NCBI GenBank assembly: GCA_964035545.1 | Contig: OZ037765.1 | Location: 17,298,995 to 17,362,994, forward strand | Length of the DNA: 64,000 nucleotides | Direction: 5' to 3' | Source of the DNA: Bugula neritina | Lineage: Eukaryota; Animalia; Bryozoa | Shown here: positions 10,920-24,400 of the stretch, one piece after another | Position numbering within the stretch: the first letter of the stretch is position 1 | Layout: each line of letters begins with the position of its first letter | Made by a program: the position numbers and the translations under genes | The notes under the pieces: model-generated | Database searches by the model: none | What the model was told of the DNA's origin: nothing | The model's input: the letters and a program-made list of their open reading frames with translations, nothing else

Positions 10920-13365
10920 GGTATAGACTGGTCAGCAGGTATAGTAAGACCAAACGCCCATTATAAATCATCGCAACAACAATTTATTAACATACTCCAT
11001 GAAAACTGTCTGACCAATGTTATTGAAGAGCCAACACACACATTCGGTAACACCCTAGACATTATCTGTACCAGTGACACCTCCATAATAGATTCTATAA
11101 ATGTAATTAGGCCGGGGCTCAGCGATCATTACATCATCGTAGCTAAACTATTAATTGAAAACCTACTTTCCCAAGATGTTAACCACAAAAATCATAAAGA
11201 CATTCTCATCCATCACAAAGCTGATGTCATTAAATTTAGAAACTATATGAGCTATGCATGTGAAAACCTTTCACAGATGGATAATGTCCAGCAGATGTGG
11301 GATACTTTCTCTGTCGCCTTCAAAGAAGCTATTGAAATATCTGTACCAAAAAAGACTATAAAAATAAGAAACAGTGGCCAACCACCTTGATTTTCTAAAG
11401 AGGCTAAGAAACTTCATGACATGCAGATGTCATTATATAGAAAATTCAAGAGAACAAATAACCCATACTTTTTGCAGGGATACCAACAGCAAAGAAGAAA
11501 CAATAAAAAAGCCTTCAAGTTAATCAAGAAGGAATACATAGTGAACAAAGTCTGTAAGCCTCTGCTAAAAGGAAACAGCAAACTCTTTTACAAGCATCTG
11601 CGACACAAACGGAAGTGCCAACATCCACTTACAAGTATTAAAATCAAAAATGGTAATATAACTACAGACAGTCTGGAATGCGCAGAAACTCTAAATAGCT
11701 ATTTTCATAGCCAGTTCTGTATTGATGAAGCCATTACTGATCTCCCCCTTCTCCCTACTAATAGCAGGACTCTTGAGATCAACCCTGAAGGAGTCAAGAA
11801 ATTAATTCACGATCTGAAGAACAATAAATCTCCAGGACCTGACCAGATACAAAAGTGTGAGCTTTTAATAGACCCTGGTATAGTAGCTCAATGTCTTACA
11901 TATGTCTTTCAGGCCTCAATAGACTGCGGAGTGCTCCCAGCACAATGGAGAACTGCCAATGTGACACCAGTCCACAAAAAAGGTGCCAAAGACGAGCAAT
12001 CAAACTATCGTCCAATCTCTCTCACCAGCATCCCCTGTAAAATGTTAGAACACATTGTCCTACATTATTTAAACAAATTACTTGACAGCATGCTCTACAA
12101 CAGACAGCATGGTTTCAGGAAAGGCTTAGGCTGTGAAACTCAGCTTTGTGCTACCTACCACGACATAGCAAAATCTGTGGAGTAGTCCTTGATTTCCGTA
12201 AGGCGTTTGATAAGGTCCCCCACACCCTACTCATGCAAAAAGTCCGTTGTATTGATGGCATTAACCCAAGCATAGCAAATTGGATCCAAGGGTTCCTAAC
12301 AAAAAGAAGTCAGAGAACTGCCATACGCGGTGTATTATCATCAGATCTTCCTGTCTCCTCGGGGGGTGCCACAGGGTTCGGTACAAGGGCCAACATTGTT
12401 TCTTATATACATAAATTACCTACCACAAGTGATAACATGCAAAGTGAGTCTCTATGCCGATGACACCCTGATTTATGCTGCTGTGAATAGCAATGAGAAC
12501 AAGCAGCTTTTCCAGACAAATATAGATGCTCTACATAAGTGGTCCATGAAATGGAAAATGCCTTTTAACACGGAAAAGTGCGAGGTAATCGTCTTTAGCA
12601 AAGCCCCAAAGGCATATCCAGTGTTTGACCCCAGCCATGCACTTGGTGGAACTCTGCTCAAATGCAGACAGGAGATCAAATATCTTGGCATAATTCTGCA
12701 GTCCAACTTAAAATTTGAGCAACGTATTACATCTAAGATCAAAAGTGCCTCCAAGGTCCTAGGTTGCATAAAATACTCGCTTTATGAAGCCCCTGCCAAT
12801 AGCAAACTACTCGCATACACCAGTCTCTGCCGACCAATTCTAGAATACAGCGATACTCTTTGGGACACGGCGGATTCAACTAATATTGATGCCTTAGAGC
12901 GTGTACAGTCCCAAGCAATCAGGTTCATTAACAATATCAAAGGAAGACAAGGCATCTCAGAAGCTCGAAATAAACTCGAACTACAACTTCTCAAAGACCG
13001 AAGAAAAACACATAGGTTGTCACTGTTAATGAGAATCCTCTCAGATGAATCTAAACACCAAACCTTAGCCTCAGCTTATGATGAACTGACTAAAAATAAA
13101 AACAAGTACACCATGTATACGCGAGCTGCACAGAGAGGCGAGCCAACATCTATCTATGCTGCGGGCAAGGTCTATTTTAACAGTTTTCTCCCATGCAATG
13201 TGAGAGATCTGAAGCTAAGGTCAACAAACACACAACAATAAACAGCTATATGCTGCTATACTAACTCATACTGACATTTATCACTAACCAAAGAGGCGCT
13301 CCATGTTTGCACCATAACGGTGACATTGAGTGCTCTATCGTCTACGAGGTGAGTTAACAAAAAAG
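10920..13365 (+). mobile_element. 5'-truncated non-LTR retrotransposon (LINE; CR1/L2/Jockey-group-like ORF2), disrupted
   Basis: Endonuclease tail (GIDW, EPTH..GNTLDI, GLSDHY); RT motifs KSPGPD, NYRPISLTS, QHGFR, LDF.KAFD, GVPQGS, YADD, YLGI; stop at 13241; A-rich tail. Confidence 0.9.
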
Positions 13366-14116
13366 AAAACAATGTAAGAAATGAGTGAAAAAAAATATGT
13401 GACCAGAAATAAAAAAAAAATACTCACTCTAATCAATGAACTCACTAGCACTAATAGTATACATATATACAACAGCTAGTATACATAATTTTCAAATTTT
13501 ACTCATTTTATTGTGAAAGGTTTTTCTTCGTTTTTATTTCTGAGTAGTAATGCTTGATTGTTTATGTTTTCAACTAGCATAAGCCACCGGAGGTGTCTTT
13601 CTCTAAATTGGGGAGGATGCTATAGATGTATTCAAGTATTATTTTATATTTGACATTTTGTATGCATACCCTGTGTTATATTAGGTACTTAGTAGTTGAA
13701 AACCCCAGTACTCAATATAACATGAGTATGAGTATAATTACAAAGTCAAATATTACATGGGTATAAATAATAAAAATAATGATGATGATGCCTATCCAGC
13801 TGATCAGATAAGAAAGAGTGCAGCAGAACCAGAAGTTCATAGGCTCATTTAATCATTTTACTTTCGTACTTTGATACTATTACTAATCTAATGATACAAA
13901 TATATTACTTTAAAATATACACATCTAAATCAGTAAATGCTGATTTATATTTAGCTAGAAATATAACAATATATAACTATAAGTATAAGCATTGCCATTT
14001 GATTTGCATAAGATTAAGTGATAAAATTATCATTAAGTCTAAGAAGTAAGACTAAAAAGTAAAAATAAAATGAAGATAAGTCTAACTCTAAGAGTAAGAC
14101 ATTTCGTCATATTTGA

Positions 14117-14280
14117 GTAATATTTATATTTCTATTACTATTAGTAATACTAATAGTAATACTATTACTATTAGTAATACTATTACTATTACTATTAGTA
14201 TTAGTATTACTATTAGTATTACTATTAGTAATACTATTACTATTAGTATTACTATTACTATTAGTATTACTATTAGTGCT
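14117..14280. repeat. (ATTACT/ATTAGT)n-type degenerate hexamer repeat
   Basis: Direct reading; gives a spurious ITISIT ORF. Confidence 0.9.
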
Positions 14281-14744
14281 AGCAGCTATACATATTTACT
14301 TTTATTCATAACTATAACTGTTGCTTCTATATCTAAAGATGATATATCAACTTTTATATCTAGTTCTACCATGCTAATGATAATAATAATAATATATATT
14401 ATTTTTTTTATTTATTGTGGCGGTTCAACATAGGAGTTCCCCCACCTTACGGATTATTCCCAACTTTTTGATCTCTCAATGCTAAGAATAGACATAACTT
14501 GACTCGACCACTCAGAGCCAAGAATGAAATCGTATTTATCGAGTTATTTTTCCTATCTATCGATATAAACATGTTACAGACCCTACTTCCCATTTATTGA
14601 AGGTACAATTTCAATTTGTTTATGCCAAGCTACAGGCACTGCACTTTGAATTTTATGTTTAACAGTCGCAGTCCTGAATAATGTTCGACTCTAACCACTA
14701 TATAGGGCTGCATTACTGTTAGTGTCACGATGGATAACATTTGC

Positions 14745-14975
14745 AGTATTACTATTATTATTAGTATTACTATTACTATTAGTATCAGTATGAGATTGAG
14801 TATTACTCACTATTACTATTAGTATTACTATTAGTATTAGTATTACACTATTACTATTAGTAATACTAATACTATTACTATTAGTATTACTATTAGTATT
14901 CGTATCAGTATTAGTATTACTATTAGTATTAAGTATTAGTATTACTATTAATATTAGTATTAGTATTACTATTAG
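14745..14975. repeat. (ATTACT/ATTAGT)n-type degenerate hexamer repeat
   Basis: Direct reading. Confidence 0.9.
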
Positions 14976-17900
14976 CATAGTCATATTGATATTCATATTG
15001 ATGTAATTATTATAATAATTTATATGACTATGTATTCATAATATTAATTGATAATGGCAATCTTAAAGTTAATCATAATGATAATTGATAGTGATTATGA
15101 TTATCATTTTATCATTAAAACTAAAAGTAAATTAAAATATCAGACTAAGACTCGGTATCAAACTTAGAGTTAGTATGAATATGATAACCATAATGTAAAT
15201 GGTAACCATAATCATAATGATAAAGTCATAATGATATTGATAATCATAATGAAGATCATGAAAATCAAAATGAGAATGAAATTCAAATTAAAATTCTCAT
15301 CATGATGATGACCATGATGATGTTGATAATCATAATCATAATGATTATCATTATTATAATTTTTTTAATTTTATCATTGAATCATAACGGTAACCATAAG
15401 GCATAATGATGATGATAATGTTTAATTTTATTGTTATAATTGTAATAACGATACTAATAGTAGTTAATTTAAATTAGGCTAATAAGTATAACTATAAGAT
15501 TAGGTGTAAGATTAACTTTAAGTTAAAACTTATAGTTATAGTTATAACTAAAACTTTAAGTATAAGTTATAAGTAATGGTGATTTATATTTAACTTGAAA
15601 TATAAAAAAGGCATTTCAGCTTAATAATTATGACAGCTTTCTATCAAAGTAGGGACTGGTGCAAAGAGACTTTAATTGGAAAAGTTGGAAAAGTGTTGTC
15701 AAGTTAGGGCTTTTTAAACTACAATAATTCTTAGACTGTATTTTAGTTTTATTTTACTCATTACAGGCTGGGATTTGGTAATGAAACAAATGTGAAGCAC
15801 TAAGAATCAGTCTCTGCCAGCTCCTGTTGGTGTTGTATTGCAGAAAATACAATTTTTAGGAGTCTTCCCTCAAAAATAACTGGTAAGACTTAGTTTCACA
15901 CATGTATATTTTTTGTTGTTCAAAAGCAGGTGTAATAATAGAAGTAGCCTGATGCATACAGTGTTAAGTCTTAGCAAATAGCAAAGCAAATTTATAACAG
16001 ATTTAGAAAAAAATCTTTGCCCTCTGAGATAAATTATTACGTAAAGTTAAAAGTAGTTGTAGCACTTTGACAACTTTAAACGTTCAAGACACTTTCAACA
16101 TGAGATCATTTTAAAATGTGCATTATAGTGGTTTCCAATTGTTCTGGCCTGATTTATGCCCTTTTGAGTTCCACCCTTTTGTTTATAGTAGTATCATTGG
16201 GTTTAATGGTGGCAGCTTAAGTTATATCATATATTTCAATGAAAATGGTGGATAAAAATGGGTATTTGCCTTTCAAAGTTACCTTATTAGTAGAAGTTAA
16301 GAGAGAGCTTTTTTACAACTTCCTCCACATTTGAGAGGCTGCTGAAAATAACTATAGAACATTTACATGAGAAGACTATTTTTATTTACATAAATTATAA
16401 TGCCCTTGCTCTTCTGGTGTATTTGGTTATGTCCAGCTAGCAAAAATTTACTGCTAATAACCAAAATTAACCTGAAACAGGAAGAAACAGCAAATCCTTG
16501 TAGATCGAATCTGAAAGCCATGACCATATTGTAAGCAGTAGAAATACAGCCCAACTATATTCTTAAAACCCATAATTTTGTATTTGATAGAATGTAGTCA
16601 TCTGGTCAACTAGTGCACTTGCACTTTCTTTAGGATATATAGTCTGTATTCCATTTAAAAGAAGCAAATCATAATTCTTATACTGTAAAACTCTTATTTC
16701 AACTGGAAAACCAAAACCACTTTGTCTTAGTTTAATAGGACAATTCTCAATAGGCCCTTTTTGTCTCTAACTTTGGTACAGAGAACATTGGTAAATGAGA
16801 TCGTATACTGCTGTACTATATATGATATGCTATGATATGAGAATATTACACCCGAGTAATAGTTGAATCATTCCATGGCAACTAATAGTAATAAAGGTAT
16901 ACTGCGCTTTGTCATGAAACTATTCATCCACAACATGTTATGGCAAATGTGTTCCTATTAATAGTGGCTAAGTATCATATTATCACGCCAGCTAGATATC
17001 AGCTGATCATTTTTGAAATATATGAACACCTATTACCATAGAAACTGAATAGTTAGCAGGCTTAATACTAGTATGCTTATAATGCTAAGCAATATTTACA
17101 CCTTTTCTGTAAGCACCTTAGATCATAATTATGAATATACTATTGCATATTGCATAATTGAATAAATTGCAATGGAAAGAATGTATGATAAGGTCTATCC
17201 AACTCTCAAGTATTTCTAACTTCTTTTAGTTTGCTTCAATCATAAAATGTTACTTCTTTGAATTCTGAAATGTGAAATAGGCAATACACATGTGCTTGGT
17301 AGTAAGTATAGGCAACATCAGCATTACCATCATTTTAATTCGAAATTAGCTTACTTATTAGTTTTATTTATCTACCAGTGCCAAAGGATAAAACAAACTA
17401 AAACTTGAACTTTCAAGTGCGTTGTGTGAATGGGAGATGTTGCTGATTTTAAACATTTAAAAAGAAATAATTTTTTGGCAAGACAATTTCTCGGTCAGCT
17501 CTGTTTACAAATAACATTTGAGTGCTGACCGCTGCGAGTAGCATAAGCGCGAAAGCAGAGGTCATTAATTAGCACTGCTTCAGCTGGCATCACGTGTTTT
17601 GGCATGCGCTCTTTGTTAATGCTATATTGGACAAGGTCGCGCGAATGCACTCCCACTTAGGTGGCCAATCACGCTTGGGCAAATGACACCATCAGTCAAT
17701 GGCCTTATTCAAGCAAGGTTTAATGAAGAGTAAATAAGGCCACTGAAATTCCCCAGTTAAGTGTGTATAATATCCTTGGATGTAGTCATGGTGCAACACT
17801 TTTGATTTACAACTTAGATGGGAAGCATAATGCACATAAACTGAGTAAATGTTTCGTACAGTTTATAGAATGCTAATCAGTTTCATTTGCACATACTAAA

Positions 17901-18450
17901 TGTTACTGGATATCAGGTAATGTTTTGATTGTATTTTTTAAGAACAAGTGACTGCTTTAATTTGCAATATTCAGAAATGCATTCATTTTGCTACGGTCAA
18001 TTTGCTATATATGCATCACCCATGTTGGAAATGCATACTGTGTATATGCGTGCTATATCTATATAGTTAATACAGAGCAGCTGTGGCATAGACTGTAAAA
18101 TATTAGTCTTCCCAAGTCTAACGCAGGAAGATTTCAACCAAACACTACTACAAGTTATTTTTGCTTAGTACTGAGTGTTAGTACAATCTAACTTTTTACT
18201 TAATGAAGAGTGACTCTGTTCGCATATAATTGAATTTTATAGTAGGATTCCCATAGGGAATCATTTTCTCTGTAGAACTAAAGCATTGAACTTGTAATAT
18301 CTTTTCTATAATACTTATAAACATCCTAGGCCTGTCAATACTGCTTTTGGTAAACAATTAATATCAGTTGATATTTATACTCTGCATATAATATGATGTA
18401 TATGTGGCTATTGATCACATGCTGTGTATGATTGCAGTGTTTGTGGAGAT

Positions 18451-21400
18451 ATGTTTGCCGGAGCTGCAAAGTTTTTCAGTAATGTTAAATCATACTACAA
18501 TGAGATCAACTCTGCAACTCTCACTGGTGCTATAGATGTGGTGGTGGTAGAGCAGCCTGATGGCACCTACCAGTCTTCACCATTTCACGTGCGATTTGGT
18601 AAACTGGGAGTCATTAGATCCAATGAAAAAGTCGTGAGTATATTGCCTAGTTCTCTTTTATTAACTGTAAACCTAACTAGAGGGTGGGTTGTAATAACTC
18701 TTGGAATTCAAGTGGTGGCTGACTAGCTAAGGCAGGATTGCAAACTTATCTTTATGGAACTAATGGATCTAATATATAAGTTTGAGCTAGTTTTCCCAGA
18801 AGCTTGCTTGCATTATGTAGTTTCCAATATTTAAGACTAGTGGTTGAAATAAAATCAACTGAAACCCATTATTGACCATCTCATAACTTTGAATACATCT
18901 GATTCAATTTCAAATACTGCTGACCTAGAATTTCAAGTCACAGCCACTTTACATAAAGTTATTTTCCTGAATTGTTGTGGTTATATTTTAGTCCCTTATA
19001 GTAGAGTAGTGCTAGTATAGTAGTGCCAACTATTTCATTCATTATAATGTTTGCAAATTAAGGTGCCTGGGCGATAAGTCAAATAATATAATCTTTGGCA
19101 GGTATCCAAAATTCAATTTGATTATGTAAAGCTTCGAGGTAACGTGACCTTGGTTAAACAGGGCTGTAGTTGCCAACTAGAATTTTGTTTGCTCTGGTCT
19201 TGCCTAGTCCCTACTTTCAAATGTTTGAATTACATTCTAAAATGCCACACAACTGAAGGCCTGTTGCCTGTTTTTATTCTCACAGCAGTAACCAACACAA
19301 TTTAATCTCTTTTGTTCTGACTAGGTGTACATAGAGATCAATGGTGAACCCACAGAGCTGCAGATGAAACTTGGTCCTGCTGGAGAAGCTTTCTTTGTTC
19401 AAGGAGTTCAGGAGCAATGGGAGGTGTGTTGCTACTCATACAGCTAGTATACTAAATCATGAATAATTTTTGTTTTGGAACAAAAACATTTAAAAATAGT
19501 TACAAGTGCCTATCAGTACGTGGGTAAAAGTGGTCACACCACCTGCCTGTATGATTAATTTGTTTGTGATCTACATTACATATCTAATACATTCAGTTCT
19601 GTCTCAGGGTCCAGAATATATGGCTACGTCTCCAATTCCTACATCACCGATCTCGCAGGCCATGGCACTGCGGCCTAGCAGGTCAGACTCGATGTTGGAG
19701 AGCAAGCAGACGTCTAGTTGTGAGGAACGGAGACTGAGACGAGACACTGCCCAGAGCTCTTGCTCCTCAAGTGCATCTGATCTCAGCTCTAAAGACAAAA
19801 CATTCGCCTTCAAACCCATTAGTCAGGAAGATGATGAATTGCTTGAATCTGGTGGCATGTTTGAAATTGAAGTGCGTGTTTATATCATGTATATACTATA
19901 TAGTAGAGTAAAAATATTGTATTCTATGTGTAACTGTTGGTATATAGAACTGTGTTGTCCTCTATATTTACTAAGCTCTACAACTAATTCGATGTATTAT
20001 AATATAATAGAAATTCTGTTGACTTAAAATACTAAATCTTTGGAATAGCTGGAAAGAAATTTTGGTATTGGGGAAAGCCCTATTGATTTTTTATCTTTCC
20101 ACCCTGTTCTTTCCTTGTTTTTATTTCTTGATCTATTCAACTACTAGTTCTAAGGGTTCATAGCTGGATTTAATTACTGGAATATGCAGACACAATTGTT
20201 GGTTTGGATCCTGTTGATATAATACTAGTGTGTGTGACCCTTCCAGGTTGATGAGGGTGAAGCGCCTGTACCAAATATATCGAGTAGCATGTCTAAAACT
20301 GTGAGTCTTCCAATTGTACATGAGAGCAGTATGATAAGGACTGAGAGCTGGGCCATTAACTCTTACCACAAGCAATCACACTTCCATCCTTTTAGTGATA
20401 CTGATATCACACCTCTAGTGAGGTGAGTAGTAGCTCTAGTTAGGTTTGCAGTCACACTAGCCTTGTGGGCTGTCATGACTCAAAAGTCTATAGTTGATTT
20501 ATGTAAGGGTTTTCTACATTTCATATTGTATTAGACACTTTTTTTGCTTATCAGCAGCTAATGGCTGGAATGCTCTGTACATAATTTTGCAAATCTATGT
20601 CACTCAGTAGGCAGGCATAATAATAGTATTAAATTTTTTATAACCTTTGTTGCTGTGTTAGTAAGGTTTTGGGTCCTCTAACTGTAGAAATTTTCAGCAA
20701 GACAAAAAGACTTTTGTTATAGTTATTTTAGCTTGCTTGGGCTGCAGTAGATACTGTTTAGAGTTTAGACTTTAGAGTAATCAATAGTGAACTATATAGC
20801 TATATGTATGTTGACATTACCAGGATACACCTAAAATTTTCTGCTCTTATAAATCAATAACAACTTATTTACTCAAACTTGATGCAAATATGAATGAATC
20901 AATAAACATATAATCTTTGCAAGTCCAATTTTCCTTGCATAATATAAAACACTGACCTTCCAAGCGTTGTTGTTATTATAGTATAACATTGATCTAATAA
21001 AAAGAAACTTTGTGCTAATTTACTACTCAACAGCTTTCTATATATAAATGTTGTAATATTCAAGTCTGATGACTCATGTGTTACACCAGGACGTAACATT
21101 ACATTGTAGCCCTGTCGGGTCCCGTCCTCCAACACCAAAGAGTGATACTGAGTGTGAGTACGTTGACAGAAAGGCTAACGTAGCCTCAGATTCAGAAGAG
21201 TTGCAGCAATGGAACTGGGGCGAGCTACCAGATAGCAGCCAAATAGTGACTCAGCACACAGATGACCCTGAAACTGAGAATATGACACAGAACCCTCAAG
21301 GTATGTCTCTGCTCATAACTCTTCAAGATGGAGTCAATCTCCTGTAGTTCGAATAGCTAGTGGCTACTCACATTGACTGCTATAGTTGTTTGCATTTACA

Positions 21401-24400
21401 TGACATCATAAAACAAGTTTGTTTCACAGTCTTTGTATTTCAATTGATTGAAATATGTAGGTTTTTGTATGGAAATATAGAATGAGGAGTCTGTTTATGC
21501 AATACCATAAAGTTATTTGATCATTATACAGGATAGTGCTAAGTACAACTCTATGTAAATAATACAGCACATTGTATATATAAAACACAGTGTAAACATG
21601 CATCATTTCTGTAGCAGTGATCGTAGCTAGTTCTCAAAAGTGTGTTTACACAAAATTTTAGAAGAGTCTAAGGGCATGTGGTCATTTATGAGAAGAACAA
21701 AAACTATTAGGCACAAACCAGAAGAAGGTGGGATCTATTTAGATGATATCAACCTTCAAGAAATGGAACCAGAAGTAGCTGCACTCTATTTCCCAAAAAC
21801 GTGAGCTTTAAATTTAACTCTACTGCACTAGGCACAGGTATAGACCCAGTAACTTCAGCAATTAGCATTGCATCAGCTTCAGTAATTTGTTATCTCAAAA
21901 TATAATACTGATAAAAGCTAGAAATATGAGCCATCAGACATGGTCAATGATTTTTATTTTTTCACAATAAGTCAGCAGAAGTTATCTAAAACTACCATCA
22001 GTAAGTCCCATGTGATTGACATGCCTGACGACGATGTGGAATCAGGTAATGGGCGGTCTCTCCCACATTCTCCTGATCTGACAGAGAATGTAAGAAACCT
22101 GAGCACACCTACAAGTGAAACTGGCACCATGAGAGATAATGATTCAGGGTTAGTCAACAATCATGTTGCAATTTGTCCGAGTAGTATTTTTGTTTTACTA
22201 AAACTTTCATGGACAGTTATTATAAGGTAAAGGAGTTTTTCTGCACTTGTTGGTTTTGAATGTATGTTACAACTTGATAATGATGCAAGCTGTTGTATGG
22301 ATTTGTTGACTCATCTGATAATCACTCCTTCAACAGTCTTTCATAGACCAGGAAGACTCACAAACCTTCAGCTGGGAGCTGTAATTAAATTGTAGTTTTG
22401 CTTTTGCATAAGGTTTTTTACTGTTGGGCTTTCCAATCGACAGAATGACTTCTCAAATAACAAACACATTATCCCTCAGGTTTCTATGCTTGGAAAATGT
22501 GAAGCTATTATGTTCCATTAGCTTAACAAACTGACTCAGTGCCTATGTACAGTTTCTAGTCAACACCAGAGTGTTATTGAAGTTCTCCAAATTATTTGGT
22601 TTAACATTCCATGCTGGCACCTAATTATAAAATTAAACACATTTACCTGCAAATGTTTCCTGATATACTCTTATTTAAATAGTTATTTAGAGATCTTTAT
22701 TTCTCTACATACATTTGGTTTTAGTGGAATGTTGCCTGATTTGTTTTAGTATATATGGAGATGTGATGATGTCGTTATGTGGTGGAGTTATAGAAAGTTA
22801 CAGCGCTGTTTCAGAAGAGATTTTTGACAACCATCGAGTTGATTATCAAACATTTGTGAAGAAGCCAATAGAGATACTTCAAAATGACAACTTGGTTGTA
22901 AAGATTAGCGGCAAGTGAGTTGGGTTACCGTGCATTCAGGAGTATTACATAACTGTTACATTGTGAATTTGAGTCAAACTGGAGCTGTAGTAATAGATTG
23001 CAAGTTCACTTTTTCTGTTTTTTAGATATTATAATTGGGCGACAGCCGCTCCCATGATTATGTGCATGATGTGCTATCACCAAACTCTCTCTGAAGAAAC
23101 TCAGGAAAACCTAACCAAAACCATGATTAGCAAAAAGGCTAAACTATCTGGCCGAAGCTCTTGGTGGCCATTGCCGTTTGGTAGAAGTCGGGGATCTACT
23201 GCGGATCTGGTAAGTGGAGGAGTATATCAACATCTCCACGGTATAAGTGCAGTTGTCTTTAGAATTGTAGAGCCTGTTGAAGTTATTAATGCTACTCTAA
23301 TGTAATATTTTAGGAATCCTCTAGTTCGACTCCCAATGGTAGTCCAAAAAAGTCTACGCCTGTGTCACAGACTCTACCCTCCAGGGCTGACAAACACAGG
23401 TAGGTGTAGAACCCATTTAGACCACTTTCTATGTGGAACTTGAATAATAATAAACTAATTTATTTATTGAAACTTTGTGATTTATTTGCTTGAAAGCCAT
23501 CTAAAGCTGCATTTTGAAAATATTATCTTCATTACTTTTTCATGCTGACTATTTTATTACCATTCTCAATTTTGATTAGAGTGAGAAAAAGGAGCAAACC
23601 AAAGATTATTATTAATCTCAGGTAATATCAGTGTGTTGAACTGGGGTTCTTTTTCGGGAGAAAATCATGTTTTTTGTATCATAAAAAGGTATACCAAATA
23701 GCTTGGTTGAAATCCAGTTTTATGGTTTTTGAACATCAAAAATTGTCCACAACCTCAAAAATATAGATGCAAATTCTTACAAATTTGTAATAGGTGAAAG
23801 CATAAGATAGTTGTTATTTATAGAATAACCTCTTTTAACCCACTGTTGAAAGACTGCATGCAAAATTCAAATCATATCCCAGCACTTATCCCCAGGCCAT
23901 CTGCAAAGACAATCCATTGGCTAGAATCTAGATCTAATGAAGCCAGTCATGGCTTAAGCTGGCAAATTTCGTATTCAAATACTTGATGGAAATTTCCTAA
24001 CAGTATGTCAACTTCGGACACTATTTAGCTGGTGCCGTGATACATTAGAGTTAATGACTTTACAGAGTATAGAGGCAGAGCACTGAACCCTCAGCATAGT
24101 TTATTAGAAGTTTATTTACTGATTGCTTATGATTAAAGCATCTGGGATAGTAAAACTGCCCATTTATTTCATCATTCGAATAACTTGTTGATTGTAGGAA
24201 ACTTTAATATTAGTTCCTGCAAACATACTCAAGCCCTGTTTTATTTGCTGTATAGTTTTTTCGTCTTACAATTGAATGAAATTATTAGTTTTATCTTCAA
24301 ACATATGAAAAAACTGTTCAAATAAATTAAAAAATAATGTTTTTATTCCATTAAAACCAAGTCAACCTTTGTTTTACTCACCCTACTTAGTTCTTTGGTA

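Noticed and set aside
13792-13840. Minus-strand MNFWFCCTLSYLISWIG as a signal-peptide exon
   Set aside because: No canonical GT donor and no partner exons found
14113-14996. ORFs 14113-14433 and 14691-14996 (also 52697-52891) with ITISIT/NSNT repeats
   Set aside because: Translations of hexamer simple repeats, with no protein motifs
15767-15882. Possible non-coding 5' exon of lipin
   Set aside because: Plausible splice sites only; cannot be supported without transcript data
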